Shown: positions 41,958 through 49,131, numbered from the stretch's first letter. The stretch is DNA of 64,000 nt from a virus (IMGVR_UViG_3300033120_000574:75129-139128); one strand, 5' to 3'. Numbers and translations are program-made. Notes: generated by a model not told the origin, from the letters alone.

Positions 41958-43441
41958 TTACCCTCTTTCACTTCTGCTGCATCTGTATCGTCTTCAGCTT
42001 CTTCTGCTTTTTTCTTCTCTGCTCTAGAAGTCAACAAGCCATGTCCCAAACTCACTGCACCAGATCCACCATAGTTAATTACTTGACTTCCAGCACTTCC
42101 AGCACCGCGTGGAGACACTGCAGCGTCTGCAAGTCTGGTTCCTGCATTTACACCAGTTTGTATACGCTGCTTAGCACTTATTCCATTACTTCCACCACGC
42201 TTTGTCTCTGGTGTGGGTTCTTTCTCAGTCTTTTGTGGTTTTGGTTCTTTCTCGGGCTTGTCTGGCTTAGCAATATCTTTTGAACTTGCTTTCAAGGTCT
42301 TTAGGTCTGCTTGATGATTCTGACTTGGAACTGTTTCCAGTTGATCGTGTACATCCAAAGCAGACAGTACGTGTTGTGCTCGCTGCTCGTCATCAGGATG
42401 CATTGTTCCTGCGTCGATCTTTGCCTGAATTTGTTCTCTAAGCTGTCGAGCTTCAGCTTTATGTGCAAGTACCTTAGCGTGGTCACTGTCTGTGGCAGGA
42501 GCAGGACTATGAGCCTTTACTTTAGCTTCATTCTCTTCTTTAAGCTTCTTTGCATCCACAGCAGTCTGCTTGTTTGTGGTCTTTGCTGTTGATTTTTTAT
42601 CCGATGAGGATGCAGCTTTTTTAGGTTCTTCCTTTTTTTCTGGCTCTTTAAGTTTTGGTCCATCAGGAGTTCTAGGATCCATAGCCTCTGCATTAGCAGC
42701 AGTGGTCTTTTCATGAATCTTGGAATGAAAGTCGGAATGGTCCTGCAACCCTTCTGCTTTGAGCTGTTCACTTATTTCTTTGTGTTGAGCAGAACTGAAT
42801 CCATTTGAGCGTTCTCTTGCCAGTTTCTCATGCTTCTTGGCATTTTCATCATCGCCAGTCTCTTTTGCAACCTTAGACAAACGATAGTGATCTATTGCTT
42901 TGGAGTCTGCTGGTGCATTTGAGGCATCTAGCGGATTTGGAAAGTCTTGTCTCTTGTGGCGATCTAAGTTGATTTCTGAGTCGATCAACGTCTTCTTTTG
43001 TGAACCAGGATTCTCTTTTCCAGAATCAACGGACGCAACAGCAGGGAACTCTCTAAGCGTTCTGCTGCTGTTCTCTTCTTCGTCCTTGAAGCCACTGTTA
43101 GGAATCTCGCCAGGCTTGATCCTGCGAGTTCTCTTGTTATCCATGTTCACAGTCTTTTGTTGGTCTGCACCAACACTACCCATGTTTTGGGATGCAGGAG
43201 TTACACCAGGCTTCTCAGGGTCGTTACCCTTAGACTCATCACCAGGAGGAGCACCTGCCTGAGAAGACTTTGCAGCCTGTGCAGTATGGTCAGTAAGCGT
43301 TTGGCTACCTAGGATATGCTTCCCACCATCTGGGCACGTACCTCCCAAAGGGCAATCAACCACCTCTGGAGAGGTGGATACCGTTTGTTTAGGTATTGAT
43401 TGTCCTTTGTTTACGAGTTCAGCAGCCAAGTATAGGTACAT
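41954..43441 (-). CDS. Highly charged, low-complexity putative internal head protein
   Basis: MYLYLAAELVNKG N-terminus; K/E/A/H-rich. Confidence 0.6.
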   Translation of the reverse strand: MYLYLAAELVNKGQSIPKQTVSTSPEVVDCPLGGTCPDGGKHILGSQTLTDHTAQAAKSSQAGAPPGDESKGNDPEKPGVTPASQNMGSVGADQQKTVNMDNKRTRRIKPGEIPNSGFKDEEENSSRTLREFPAVASVDSGKENPGSQKKTLIDSEINLDRHKRQDFPNPLDASNAPADSKAIDHYRLSKVAKETGDDENAKKHEKLARERSNGFSSAQHKEISEQLKAEGLQDHSDFHSKIHEKTTAANAEAMDPRTPDGPKLKEPEKKEEPKKAASSSDKKSTAKTTNKQTAVDAKKLKEENEAKVKAHSPAPATDSDHAKVLAHKAEARQLREQIQAKIDAGTMHPDDEQRAQHVLSALDVHDQLETVPSQNHQADLKTLKASSKDIAKPDKPEKEPKPQKTEKEPTPETKRGGSNGISAKQRIQTGVNAGTRLADAAVSPRGAGSAGSQVINYGGSGAVSLGHGLLTSRAEKKKAEEAEDDTDAAEVKEGK

Positions 43442-43444
43442 TTA

Positions 43445-44089
43445 TCACCCTGCAGAGTCTTCGTTGAATGTTAGTGGACGAGCATTAACTCCCTGCACAG
43501 CTGTAGCTCTAAACGCATCTTCGGTAGAGACAACACGCTCAACAGGCTTTTGACCTCTGCGTTCGCGCATATTATCTATCGTCTTTGTGTTTGAAGTTCT
43601 ACGTGGTACAGCCACTTGATTTGTGTCCTTGAGAGACACTAAGTCACGCAAATCAACATCTACAAGTTGATCCACTGCGACTTCAGTTAAGTTTACTTCA
43701 TATTTATCTTCTTGAGTACAAAGAAGAACAAGTTTATCACGACTCTTCAATCTGTGTGCTTGTTTTGGAGAAGCAATTACAGTGTCACCATTAGCAATGT
43801 GCTTGAACTCTTCCTCACCATCTGCGTTTGTGGTGACAAAATAACCACTTCCAGTAGCCACAGTGTAAGTGCGTGTCTTCTTTGCATGCTCCCAAATAGG
43901 AGTGGATGCTCCATCTACAAAGGACATGTAAAGCACAGTAAATGGCTTACAAGAAGCTTTTACGACATGAAATCCGTATACAGTTTGTACACGGTCTCCA
44001 GTGACACCAGCGATCTCACGAGTTGCTACAGCAACAATGTCTGAGTGTTTACGGAACTTCTTCGGATCCAGGTTCAGGTTTTGACGCAT
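43445..44089 (-). CDS. Cupin-domain protein
   Basis: 'H..KTRTYTVATGSG...GDTV.....AHRL'. Confidence 0.6.
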   Translation of the reverse strand: MRQNLNLDPKKFRKHSDIVAVATREIAGVTGDRVQTVYGFHVVKASCKPFTVLYMSFVDGASTPIWEHAKKTRTYTVATGSGYFVTTNADGEEEFKHIANGDTVIASPKQAHRLKSRDKLVLLCTQEDKYEVNLTEVAVDQLVDVDLRDLVSLKDTNQVAVPRRTSNTKTIDNMRERRGQKPVERVVSTEDAFRATAVQGVNARPLTFNEDSAG

Positions 44090-44396
44090 TTTCTTCTTTC
44101 CTCTTATTGAACGCTTTTCTATGATGAGATACCCATGCTTGGTAACGTTTAGCTACACAAGCACATATTACTGAATTCTCAGTAGCTTTGTTAATACCTA
44201 CGATACCACGAGAATAACACTTTGTGCAACCCTTTAAAGCCCAGTAACCAGGACTTTCACTTGGTGTTTTGCTCTTCAAATACGCAATAAACTCTTCTCT
44301 GTCATCTGCGTACTTAGCAGCTACACGTTCTGCTACTTCAGGTGGAAGTTTACTAAGTAGTTTAGAAAAGGCATCATCAGATGTAACAGTTCTCAT
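44049..44396 (-). CDS. Hypothetical Zn-binding protein
   Basis: CTKCYSRG...CAC. Confidence 0.55.
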   Translation of the reverse strand: MRTVTSDDAFSKLLSKLPPEVAERVAAKYADDREEFIAYLKSKTPSESPGYWALKGCTKCYSRGIVGINKATENSVICACVAKRYQAWVSHHRKAFNKRKEENASKPEPGSEEVP

Positions 44397-44596
44397 TTGC
44401 TTCTTACTCTTTTCTTTATGGAGTCTCGTGAACTTAAGGAACGATTATGCATCCTCCTGGCCTCAACCTGTGCTCTGTGTTCTTTAAGAAACGATTCCTG
44501 TGCTTGTTTACAGTTACATGCAACCAACGTTGCAGAGTCAGCTGCTGGAAGCAAAGTCAGTGCTTCTCCACAGAATTTACACTTGTAAGAAATCAT
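44393..44596 (-). CDS. Small Zn-ribbon protein
   Basis: CKFCG...CNC. Confidence 0.55.
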   Translation of the reverse strand: MISYKCKFCGEALTLLPAADSATLVACNCKQAQESFLKEHRAQVEARRMHNRSLSSRDSIKKRVRSK

Positions 44597-44892
44597 GCTT
44601 TCCTGTGAATGGTCAGTGGTCCAACGTTCCTAGGCTTTCCAAAGGTAGCTTTGGTTAGAAATATCAAGTTATTTATTGGTGCATGTTTCGGCAGCTTCAA
44701 ACTCAAATGAAAGATTTTACCTATCTCTACAGTGTCCTTGAGTGATAGAACGACTTCGTTGTTTAAAAACACCAAACCAGCTTGTAAGTATCTCTTACTT
44801 TCACGAATACTAGTACACATACCAGACAGGTCTAGTACTCTGTAAATTTCTGCATGAGTTGCAGTTCTGCTAGGCCAAGCCACGTATAGCAT
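44593..44892 (-). CDS. Stand-alone S4-like RNA-binding domain (TyrRS C-terminal type)
   Basis: 'LDLSGMCTSIRESKRYLQAGLVFLNNEVV'; likely start MLYVAW. Confidence 0.65.
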   Translation of the reverse strand: MLYVAWPSRTATHAEIYRVLDLSGMCTSIRESKRYLQAGLVFLNNEVVLSLKDTVEIGKIFHLSLKLPKHAPINNLIFLTKATFGKPRNVGPLTIHRKA

Positions 44893-44912
44893 AGTGTGAG
44901 TATAGCACAAAC

Positions 44913-44945
44913 AGAAATACCCACGAATGTTATTCGTGGGTTACT
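44913..44945 (-). terminator. Terminator of the tRNA operon
   Basis: CCCACGAAT/ATTCGTGGG hairpin followed by TATTTCTGTTT. Confidence 0.7.
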
Positions 44946-44960
44946 TTTGTGAGTTAGTAG

Positions 44961-45032
44961 TTTCCAGTGAAGGACTCGAACCTTCACAGACTTCTTCAGA
45001 GGAAGTTGACCTGCCAATTAGTCGAACCGGAA
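44961..45032 (-). tRNA. tRNA-Gln(CUG)
   Basis: Cloverleaf; loop CT-CTG-AA. Confidence 0.85.
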
Positions 45033-45047
45033 ATATAATAATCTCGA

Positions 45048-45118
45048 AGCCCCGGACGAGAATCGAACTCATGTCTCTCGCTTACAAGACGAGGGTACTG
45101 CCATTGTACTAACAGGGC
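45048..45118 (-). tRNA. tRNA-Thr(UGU)
   Basis: Loop CT-TGT-AA. Confidence 0.85.
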
Positions 45119-45122
45119 AAAG

Positions 45123-45190
45123 AGGGTCTAGTGAGAATCGAACTCACCAACAATGTTTTGCAGACATCGGTCAAACCATTTGTTAGACCC
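45123..45190 (-). tRNA. tRNA-Cys(GCA), short D arm
   Basis: Loop CT-GCA-AA. Confidence 0.75.
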
Positions 45191-45196
45191 AAAAAT

Positions 45197-45270
45197 TGGA
45201 GCGTCTTGCGGGGATCAAACCCGCGCCGAGAGTTTGGAAAACTCCTATGCTATCGCTACACCAAAGACGC
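45197..45270 (-). tRNA. tRNA-Gly(UCC)
   Basis: Loop TT-TCC-AA; encoded CCA. Confidence 0.85.
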
Positions 45271-45274
45271 AAAG

Positions 45275-45346
45275 TACCTTGTAGGAGAGTTGAACTCCTC
45301 TTACCCGATTGAAAGTCGAGAGTCCTTTCCGATAGACGAACAAGGC
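45275..45346 (-). tRNA. tRNA-Glu(UUC)
   Basis: Loop CT-TTC-AA. Confidence 0.85.
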
Positions 45347-45349
45347 ATA

Positions 45350-45421
45350 TGACCCTATTGGGAATCTAACCCAACTTACCTAGTTGAGAACCAGGCTTCT
45401 TGAACACTAGAAGATAGGGCC
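45350..45421 (-). tRNA. tRNA-Glu(CUC)
   Basis: Loop TT-CTC-AA; atypical T-loop TTAGATT. Confidence 0.75.
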
Positions 45422-45864
45422 GTGGCACGTGTACGAGATGCTTTCAAAGGGCACCCACATTATGTACACATTTTTAAGAACCATGTAGCGATTGTAGTAA
45501 GTTTGGAGTCTGCTACATCTGTTGCTTTAACCCACAACAGGGATAGTAACATTCCTTATACACAACTGTGTCCTCACGACAACCTTTTAAAAACTACGTA
45601 GCAGACCCATGCGAAGCAGGGATTTACACCCTTGCAGCGTCACCGCGAACTTCTACACATACCTTAAGTTATATGTGCTGCGTCTTTTCAAAAACTACTT
45701 GGCGATATACTAACTGCTTTGTGTAGTTTTACCTACGCCATCTGCCTCGCACGACACCGCGAGTGTTCCTGTATATCTTTAAAGAACCAATTTTGAGCAC
45801 ACAAGCAGTCAAATATATCGAGGTCTCACGCCCAACTTTGACAACCGCAAGGTTTTTAAGAACT
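45422..45864 (-). ncRNA. Unclassified structured RNA region with periodic boxA-like motifs
   Basis: No ORF in the track; multiple helices; RGTTYTTDAAA motif every 76-114 nt. Confidence 0.55.
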
Positions 45865-45866
45865 CA

Positions 45867-45952
45867 CGAAGAGCTGAATACTCGAAATCCACACCCTTTT
45901 GAGGTGCCATCTGTTTAGCAAACAGTGCTAGTTCCTAACTAGTTAACTCTTC
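45867..45952 (-). tRNA. tRNA-Ser(GCU)
   Basis: Loop TT-GCT-AA; long variable arm. Confidence 0.8.
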
Positions 45953-45980
45953 ATTTTAAGAACCACCAACAACGTTGGTA

Positions 45981-46067
45981 TGGAGAACAGACGAATCGAA
46001 CGCCACACCCTTTTGAGGTGCCCACTCACTTCCAATGAGGTCCAGTCCCAGACATGGTTTACTCTCC
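45981..46067 (-). tRNA. tRNA-Ser(GGA)
   Basis: Loop TT-GGA-AG; long variable arm. Confidence 0.8.
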
Positions 46068-46070
46068 AAA

Positions 46071-46156
46071 CGGTAGATAGAGGTATCGCGCCCCACACCC
46101 GAAAGGGTGCACACTGGTTTCAAAGCAGGTTCGGAGGCTTCTCCGATTTATCTACC
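46071..46156 (-). tRNA. tRNA-Ser(UGA)
   Basis: Loop TT-TGA-AA; long variable arm; atypical T-loop. Confidence 0.7.
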
Positions 46157-46158
46157 AA

Positions 46159-46701
46159 TCAACTTTCATCTACCGCAAGATTCCAGTACAAGTAATCTTT
46201 CCACTCTTTTGGAGAGTTTGATAGACTTACCATGACTTTCTTCTTAGGAGACCAATCCGGTTTCGTAGGAACACTGTGCAGGCGCATCTTAGCCTCTGCA
46301 GGAGTCCTATCCGCCTTCTTACTGTTGCAAGTCAAGCAAGACGTTGTGATGTTGTCCCACACTGTCTTACCACCCTTAGAGCGGGGCAAAACGTGGTCAT
46401 ACGTCAACTTGCTCATAGTGAATGGCTTGTTGCAGTACTGACAAGTGTAGTTGTCTCTTGCGAAGACATTCATCCTAGAGAACTTGATTTTCTCTTTCTT
46501 AGGCTTTACATAGGTTGTCAACCTAAGTACAGCAGGACAACACATAGTGTGATTTGCACTCTTTAGTTCAAAATCAGGGTATTCCTCTATTATGTCAACT
46601 TTCTTCTCAAACCAAAGAACTATGGCTCTTTGCCAAGTAAGAATCTTCATTGGCTCGTACGTAGCGTTCAGTAACAAGACTTTATGTTCTTCAGCTAGCA
46701 T
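46159..46701 (-). CDS. HNH endonuclease (McrA/HNH_5 family)
   Basis: 'LLLNATYEP', 'RDNYTCQYC...TYDHVLPRSKGG...CLTCNSKK'. Confidence 0.9.
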   Translation of the reverse strand: MLAEEHKVLLLNATYEPMKILTWQRAIVLWFEKKVDIIEEYPDFELKSANHTMCCPAVLRLTTYVKPKKEKIKFSRMNVFARDNYTCQYCNKPFTMSKLTYDHVLPRSKGGKTVWDNITTSCLTCNSKKADRTPAEAKMRLHSVPTKPDWSPKKKVMVSLSNSPKEWKDYLYWNLAVDES

Positions 46702-46704
46702 AAA

Positions 46705-46777
46705 TCCACCTGGAGGGAGTTGAACCCACTCATGTCCGCTTATAAGACGGATGCCTAAACCGTTTGGCTTCAGGTGG
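46705..46777 (-). tRNA. tRNA-Ile(UAU)
   Basis: Stem TCCGT/GCGGA; loop CT-TAT-AA. Confidence 0.8.
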
Positions 46778-46779
46778 GT

Positions 46780-46852
46780 ATATCAGCATCGAGAATCGAA
46801 CTCGAACGTTGAAGCGTATGAAACCTAACGACTAGCCACAGTATGCTGATAT
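46780..46852 (-). tRNA. Atypical tRNA(CAU)-like element
   Basis: 9-bp terminal stem, canonical T arm, loop TT-CAT-AC, reduced D arm. Confidence 0.5.
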
Positions 46853-46875
46853 GCAGAGAACCTGCAAGGGAAAAT

Positions 46876-46949
46876 TGGGAGCGATCGCCGGAGTTGAACA
46901 CGGTCCTGAAGCTTATGAGACTTCGGTGCAGCCCTTACACCACCACGCC
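46876..46949 (-). tRNA. tRNA-Met/Ile2(CAU), imperfect acceptor stem
   Basis: Loop CT-CAT-AA; encoded CCA. Confidence 0.6.
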
Positions 46950-46950
46950 A

Positions 46951-46995
46951 TGTCCTAGGAGGGATTCGAACCCTCATGCTTTCGCTACACCAAGT
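46951..46995 (-). pseudogene. 3' half of a type II (Leu-like) tRNA
   Basis: Variable arm, GAGGG-TTCGAAT-CCCTC and acceptor strand; no D arm. Confidence 0.6.
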
Positions 46996-47021
46996 AAAGG
47001 ACAACCAAAACAAGTATGCTA

Positions 47022-47106
47022 TAGAAACGAAGAGATTTGAACTCTTATGCACCTCACAGTGCGTTTGCGTTTGAAGCAAATGTGTAAACCATTCCACCAC
47101 GTTTCC
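47022..47106 (-). tRNA. tRNA-Leu(CAA)
   Basis: Loop TT-CAA-AC; long variable arm. Confidence 0.85.
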
Positions 47107-47116
47107 AAATAAATTT

Positions 47117-47545
47117 ATGCGAAAAAAGTATTCAAGGTACACTAAAGAGCAACTAGAACCTCTTGTTAAAGAGAGCAAATCCTATGCGGAAGTTATAAAG
47201 AAACTAGGTCTTAGGATTTGTGGAGGTAACTACGTGCTCCTACAAAGAAATATAGACAAGTTTCAAATCAGCTGTGAACATATGCTATTCCAAGCAGCGA
47301 ACCAAGGAAGAGAATTTGTAAAATATGAAGAAATTTCGACGCACGCAGCTATAAAGAAACGTATTCTACGAGAACGAGGACTTGTCTGTGAGGGGTGTAA
47401 TTTAGACACCTGGTTAGGTAAGCCTATTACCTTAGAGATGGATCATATAGATGGGGACAACAGGAACAACACAAAAACAAACATAAGAATTTTGTGTCCA
47501 AATTGTCACAGTCAAACTCCAACTTGGAAGAACAACAAGAAGTAA
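47117..47545 (+). CDS. HNH homing endonuclease, antisense to the tRNA operon
   Basis: 'CEGC...LEMDHIDGDNRNN...LCPNCHSQT'. Confidence 0.9.
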   Translation: MRKKYSRYTKEQLEPLVKESKSYAEVIKKLGLRICGGNYVLLQRNIDKFQISCEHMLFQAANQGREFVKYEEISTHAAIKKRILRERGLVCEGCNLDTWLGKPITLEMDHIDGDNRNNTKTNIRILCPNCHSQTPTWKNNKK

Positions 47546-47567
47546 GTACCAGTTCCACCACACGGAC
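47546..47567 (-). pseudogene. 5' fragment of a Leu-like tRNA
   Basis: GTCCGTG-TG-GTGGAACTGGTAC, ending at the HNH stop codon. Confidence 0.6.
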
Positions 47568-47655
47568 ATTCAAAATTGGTTGCCAGTTTAACTGTTACGT
47601 AAAGCACTTCTAGCAAGAAGCTTAGATTTATATTGTCACCCTAATCCAAGGGTGT

Positions 47656-47735
47656 TGCAGTTGGAGAGATTCGAACTCTCATACCGAAGCGGGAAATCTT
47701 AAAGATCCTGTGTATGCCAATTCCACCACAACTGC
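47656..47735 (-). tRNA. tRNA-Leu(UAA)
   Basis: Leu-type D loop; loop TT-TAA-GA; weak anticodon stem. Confidence 0.7.
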
Positions 47736-47749
47736 ATTTAGTTTATCAA

Positions 47750-47833
47750 TGACACAGGTGAGAGTCGAACTCACAAGAGGAATTACCCACAACAGTTTCT
47801 AAGACTGCCCGCTCGCCGTTGGCGTACTGTGCC
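47750..47833 (-). tRNA. tRNA-Leu(UAG)
   Basis: Loop CT-TAG-AA. Confidence 0.8.
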
Positions 47834-47838
47834 GTAAA

Positions 47839-47910
47839 TACCAGATTAGGGAATCGAACCCAACTATATCACTGTGTAAAAGTGGTGCCTACCCAGTCAG
47901 CTTATCTGGC
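47839..47910 (-). tRNA. tRNA-Val(UAC)
   Basis: Loop TT-TAC-AC. Confidence 0.85.
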
Positions 47911-47915
47911 ATACT

Positions 47916-47987
47916 CGTTGTTGAAGAGAATCGAACTCTTATTTAAACTTTAGGAAAGTCTTGCTCTATCCGTTGAACTACAACAAC
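47916..47987 (-). tRNA. tRNA-Arg(CCU)
   Basis: Loop TT-CCT-AA. Confidence 0.85.
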
Positions 47988-47990
47988 AGA

Positions 47991-48034
47991 CGCTTTTGTT
48001 TGGACTTGAACCTACCACTTGACGCCAAATCAAA
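47991..48034 (-). pseudogene. 3' portion of a degenerate tRNA
   Basis: Hairpin, GG-TTCAAGT-CC and CAAAAGC-G. Confidence 0.55.
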
Positions 48035-48046
48035 ATTGAATTATAC

Positions 48047-48121
48047 CGTCCTTGGTAGGAATCGAACCTACAAAATTGCTTGTTTAGAAGACAAGTGTTC
48101 TATCCGTTGAACTACAAGGAC
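48047..48121 (-). tRNA. tRNA-Arg(UCU)
   Basis: Loop CT-TCT-AA. Confidence 0.85.
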
Positions 48122-48125
48122 AAAA

Positions 48126-48665
48126 ATGATATCAGTAACATGTGAAAACTGTAGCAAAGAATTCTTCAAGAATAAGTCTGAAGCTGCTCGGAGCCCTAGA
48201 CACTTTTGTAGCAGGTCTTGTGCAAATAGCAAGCACAACACCGAGAAAGCAAAACGAAGTAAGAAGCAAAGAACATGTACTCTATGTACAAAGAGTTACA
48301 TACAAACAAAAGCGAGACGCAAGATATGTGAAGTTTGTTTTGTTCCACCACTCTGTAAAGATAACATGACACTCAGTCAGTGTAAGGACAAATTAAGTGT
48401 TCAAGGCAAGCACCCATCATGGTACACTGTGCACGTAAGAGGACATAATAGAACGAAGAATAAAAAGCTAGCTACTAGCTGCCAGAAATGTGGGTACAGT
48501 AAACATGTAGAGTGTTGTCATATCAAACCAGTCGCAAGTTTTGAAGGCAATGCAACGTTGGCTGAAATTAATCATGTGGACAATATTGTTGTTTTATGTA
48601 GAAATTGTCACTGGGAGTTTGACCACAATCAACTAAGCATAGTAGATATTCCAAAGCGTAAGTAA
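48126..48665 (+). CDS. HNH endonuclease with Zn fingers, antisense to the tRNA operon
   Basis: 'CENC..FCSRSC', 'CQKCG..CHIKP..N..VLCRNCHWEFD'. Confidence 0.85.
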   Translation: MISVTCENCSKEFFKNKSEAARSPRHFCSRSCANSKHNTEKAKRSKKQRTCTLCTKSYIQTKARRKICEVCFVPPLCKDNMTLSQCKDKLSVQGKHPSWYTVHVRGHNRTKNKKLATSCQKCGYSKHVECCHIKPVASFEGNATLAEINHVDNIVVLCRNCHWEFDHNQLSIVDIPKRK

Positions 48666-48692
48666 TTACGCTATCCTTTGTGCTACAAAAGC
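48666..48692 (-). pseudogene. 5' fragment of an Arg-like tRNA
   Basis: GCTTTTG-TA-GCAC-AAAGGATA-GCGT, ending at the HNH stop codon. Confidence 0.6.
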
Positions 48693-48694
48693 AA

Positions 48695-48769
48695 GCCTAG
48701 GTAGAGGGATTTGAACCCCTCATTTCACGGTTCGTAGCCGCGCGTGGTATCCGTTACACTATACCTAGA
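48695..48769 (-). tRNA. tRNA-Arg(ACG)
   Basis: Loop CT-ACG-AA. Confidence 0.85.
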
Positions 48770-48771
48770 TA

Positions 48772-48843
48772 AGCCGCCACAGGTACTTGAAACCTGTTTT
48801 CCTCCATACCAAGGAGGTACATCACCATATATGTTTTAGCGGC
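48772..48843 (-). tRNA. tRNA-Thr(GGU)
   Basis: Loop TT-GGT-AT. Confidence 0.85.
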
Positions 48844-48846
48844 ACA

Positions 48847-48919
48847 TGGACAAGACTGGACTCGAACCAGCGGTCTTCTGAGTGCAAGTCAGAGGTTTTC
48901 CCAACTAAACTACTCGCCC
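48847..48919 (-). tRNA. tRNA-Ala(UGC)
   Basis: Loop CT-TGC-AC. Confidence 0.85.
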
Positions 48920-48930
48920 AATTAAAACTG

Positions 48931-49040
48931 ACGAAATTGTTACCATTACAACACATTGCCACTGCAGTGAATTCAAGACTAATCAAGCAAAATTACGCCC
49001 ATAGTCTTAACAATGCTGGGAATCGAACCCAGGTCTTCGT
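48931..49040 (-). ncRNA. Circularly permuted tRNA-mimic (YrlA-type Y RNA-like)
   Basis: Order 5'->3': terminal stem, T arm, closed acceptor-like stem, D arm, terminal stem. Confidence 0.65.
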
Positions 49041-49045
49041 ACTTC

Positions 49046-49113
49046 CACGTTATATAGGAATCGAACCTATGATGAAAAGTTTTGGAGGCTTCTCTGTGCC
49101 CAGCACCTAACGT
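49046..49113 (-). tRNA. tRNA-Trp(CCA), short D arm
   Basis: Loop CT-CCA-AA. Confidence 0.7.
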
Positions 49114-49131
49114 ATACAAGCTAAGATAAGA

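Noticed and set aside
330-44588. Numerous plus-strand ORFs (e.g. 7734-8483, 16753-17343, 34447-34953)
   Set aside because: Antisense shadows of well-supported minus-strand genes, with no motifs
41484-44910. Terminase upstream of the portal
   Set aside because: No Walker A/B or RNase H-like nuclease motifs; probably encoded outside the window
45422-45964. CRISPR mini-array, tmRNA or RNase P RNA
   Set aside because: Repeats are only about 12 nt and degenerate, with 50-100 nt structured intervals; no tmRNA acceptor/T arm or RNase P GAGGAAAGUCC core; no cas genes
47656-47735. Ochre suppressor tRNA (UUA) or genetic-code reassignment
   Set aside because: The register matching the neighbouring Leu(CAA) gives a UAA anticodon; genes are intact under the standard code and use TAA as stop
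46951-48692. Group I introns in tRNA genes
   Set aside because: The HNH ORFs are antisense and fill the inserts together with whole tRNAs, leaving no room for a P/Q/R/S core
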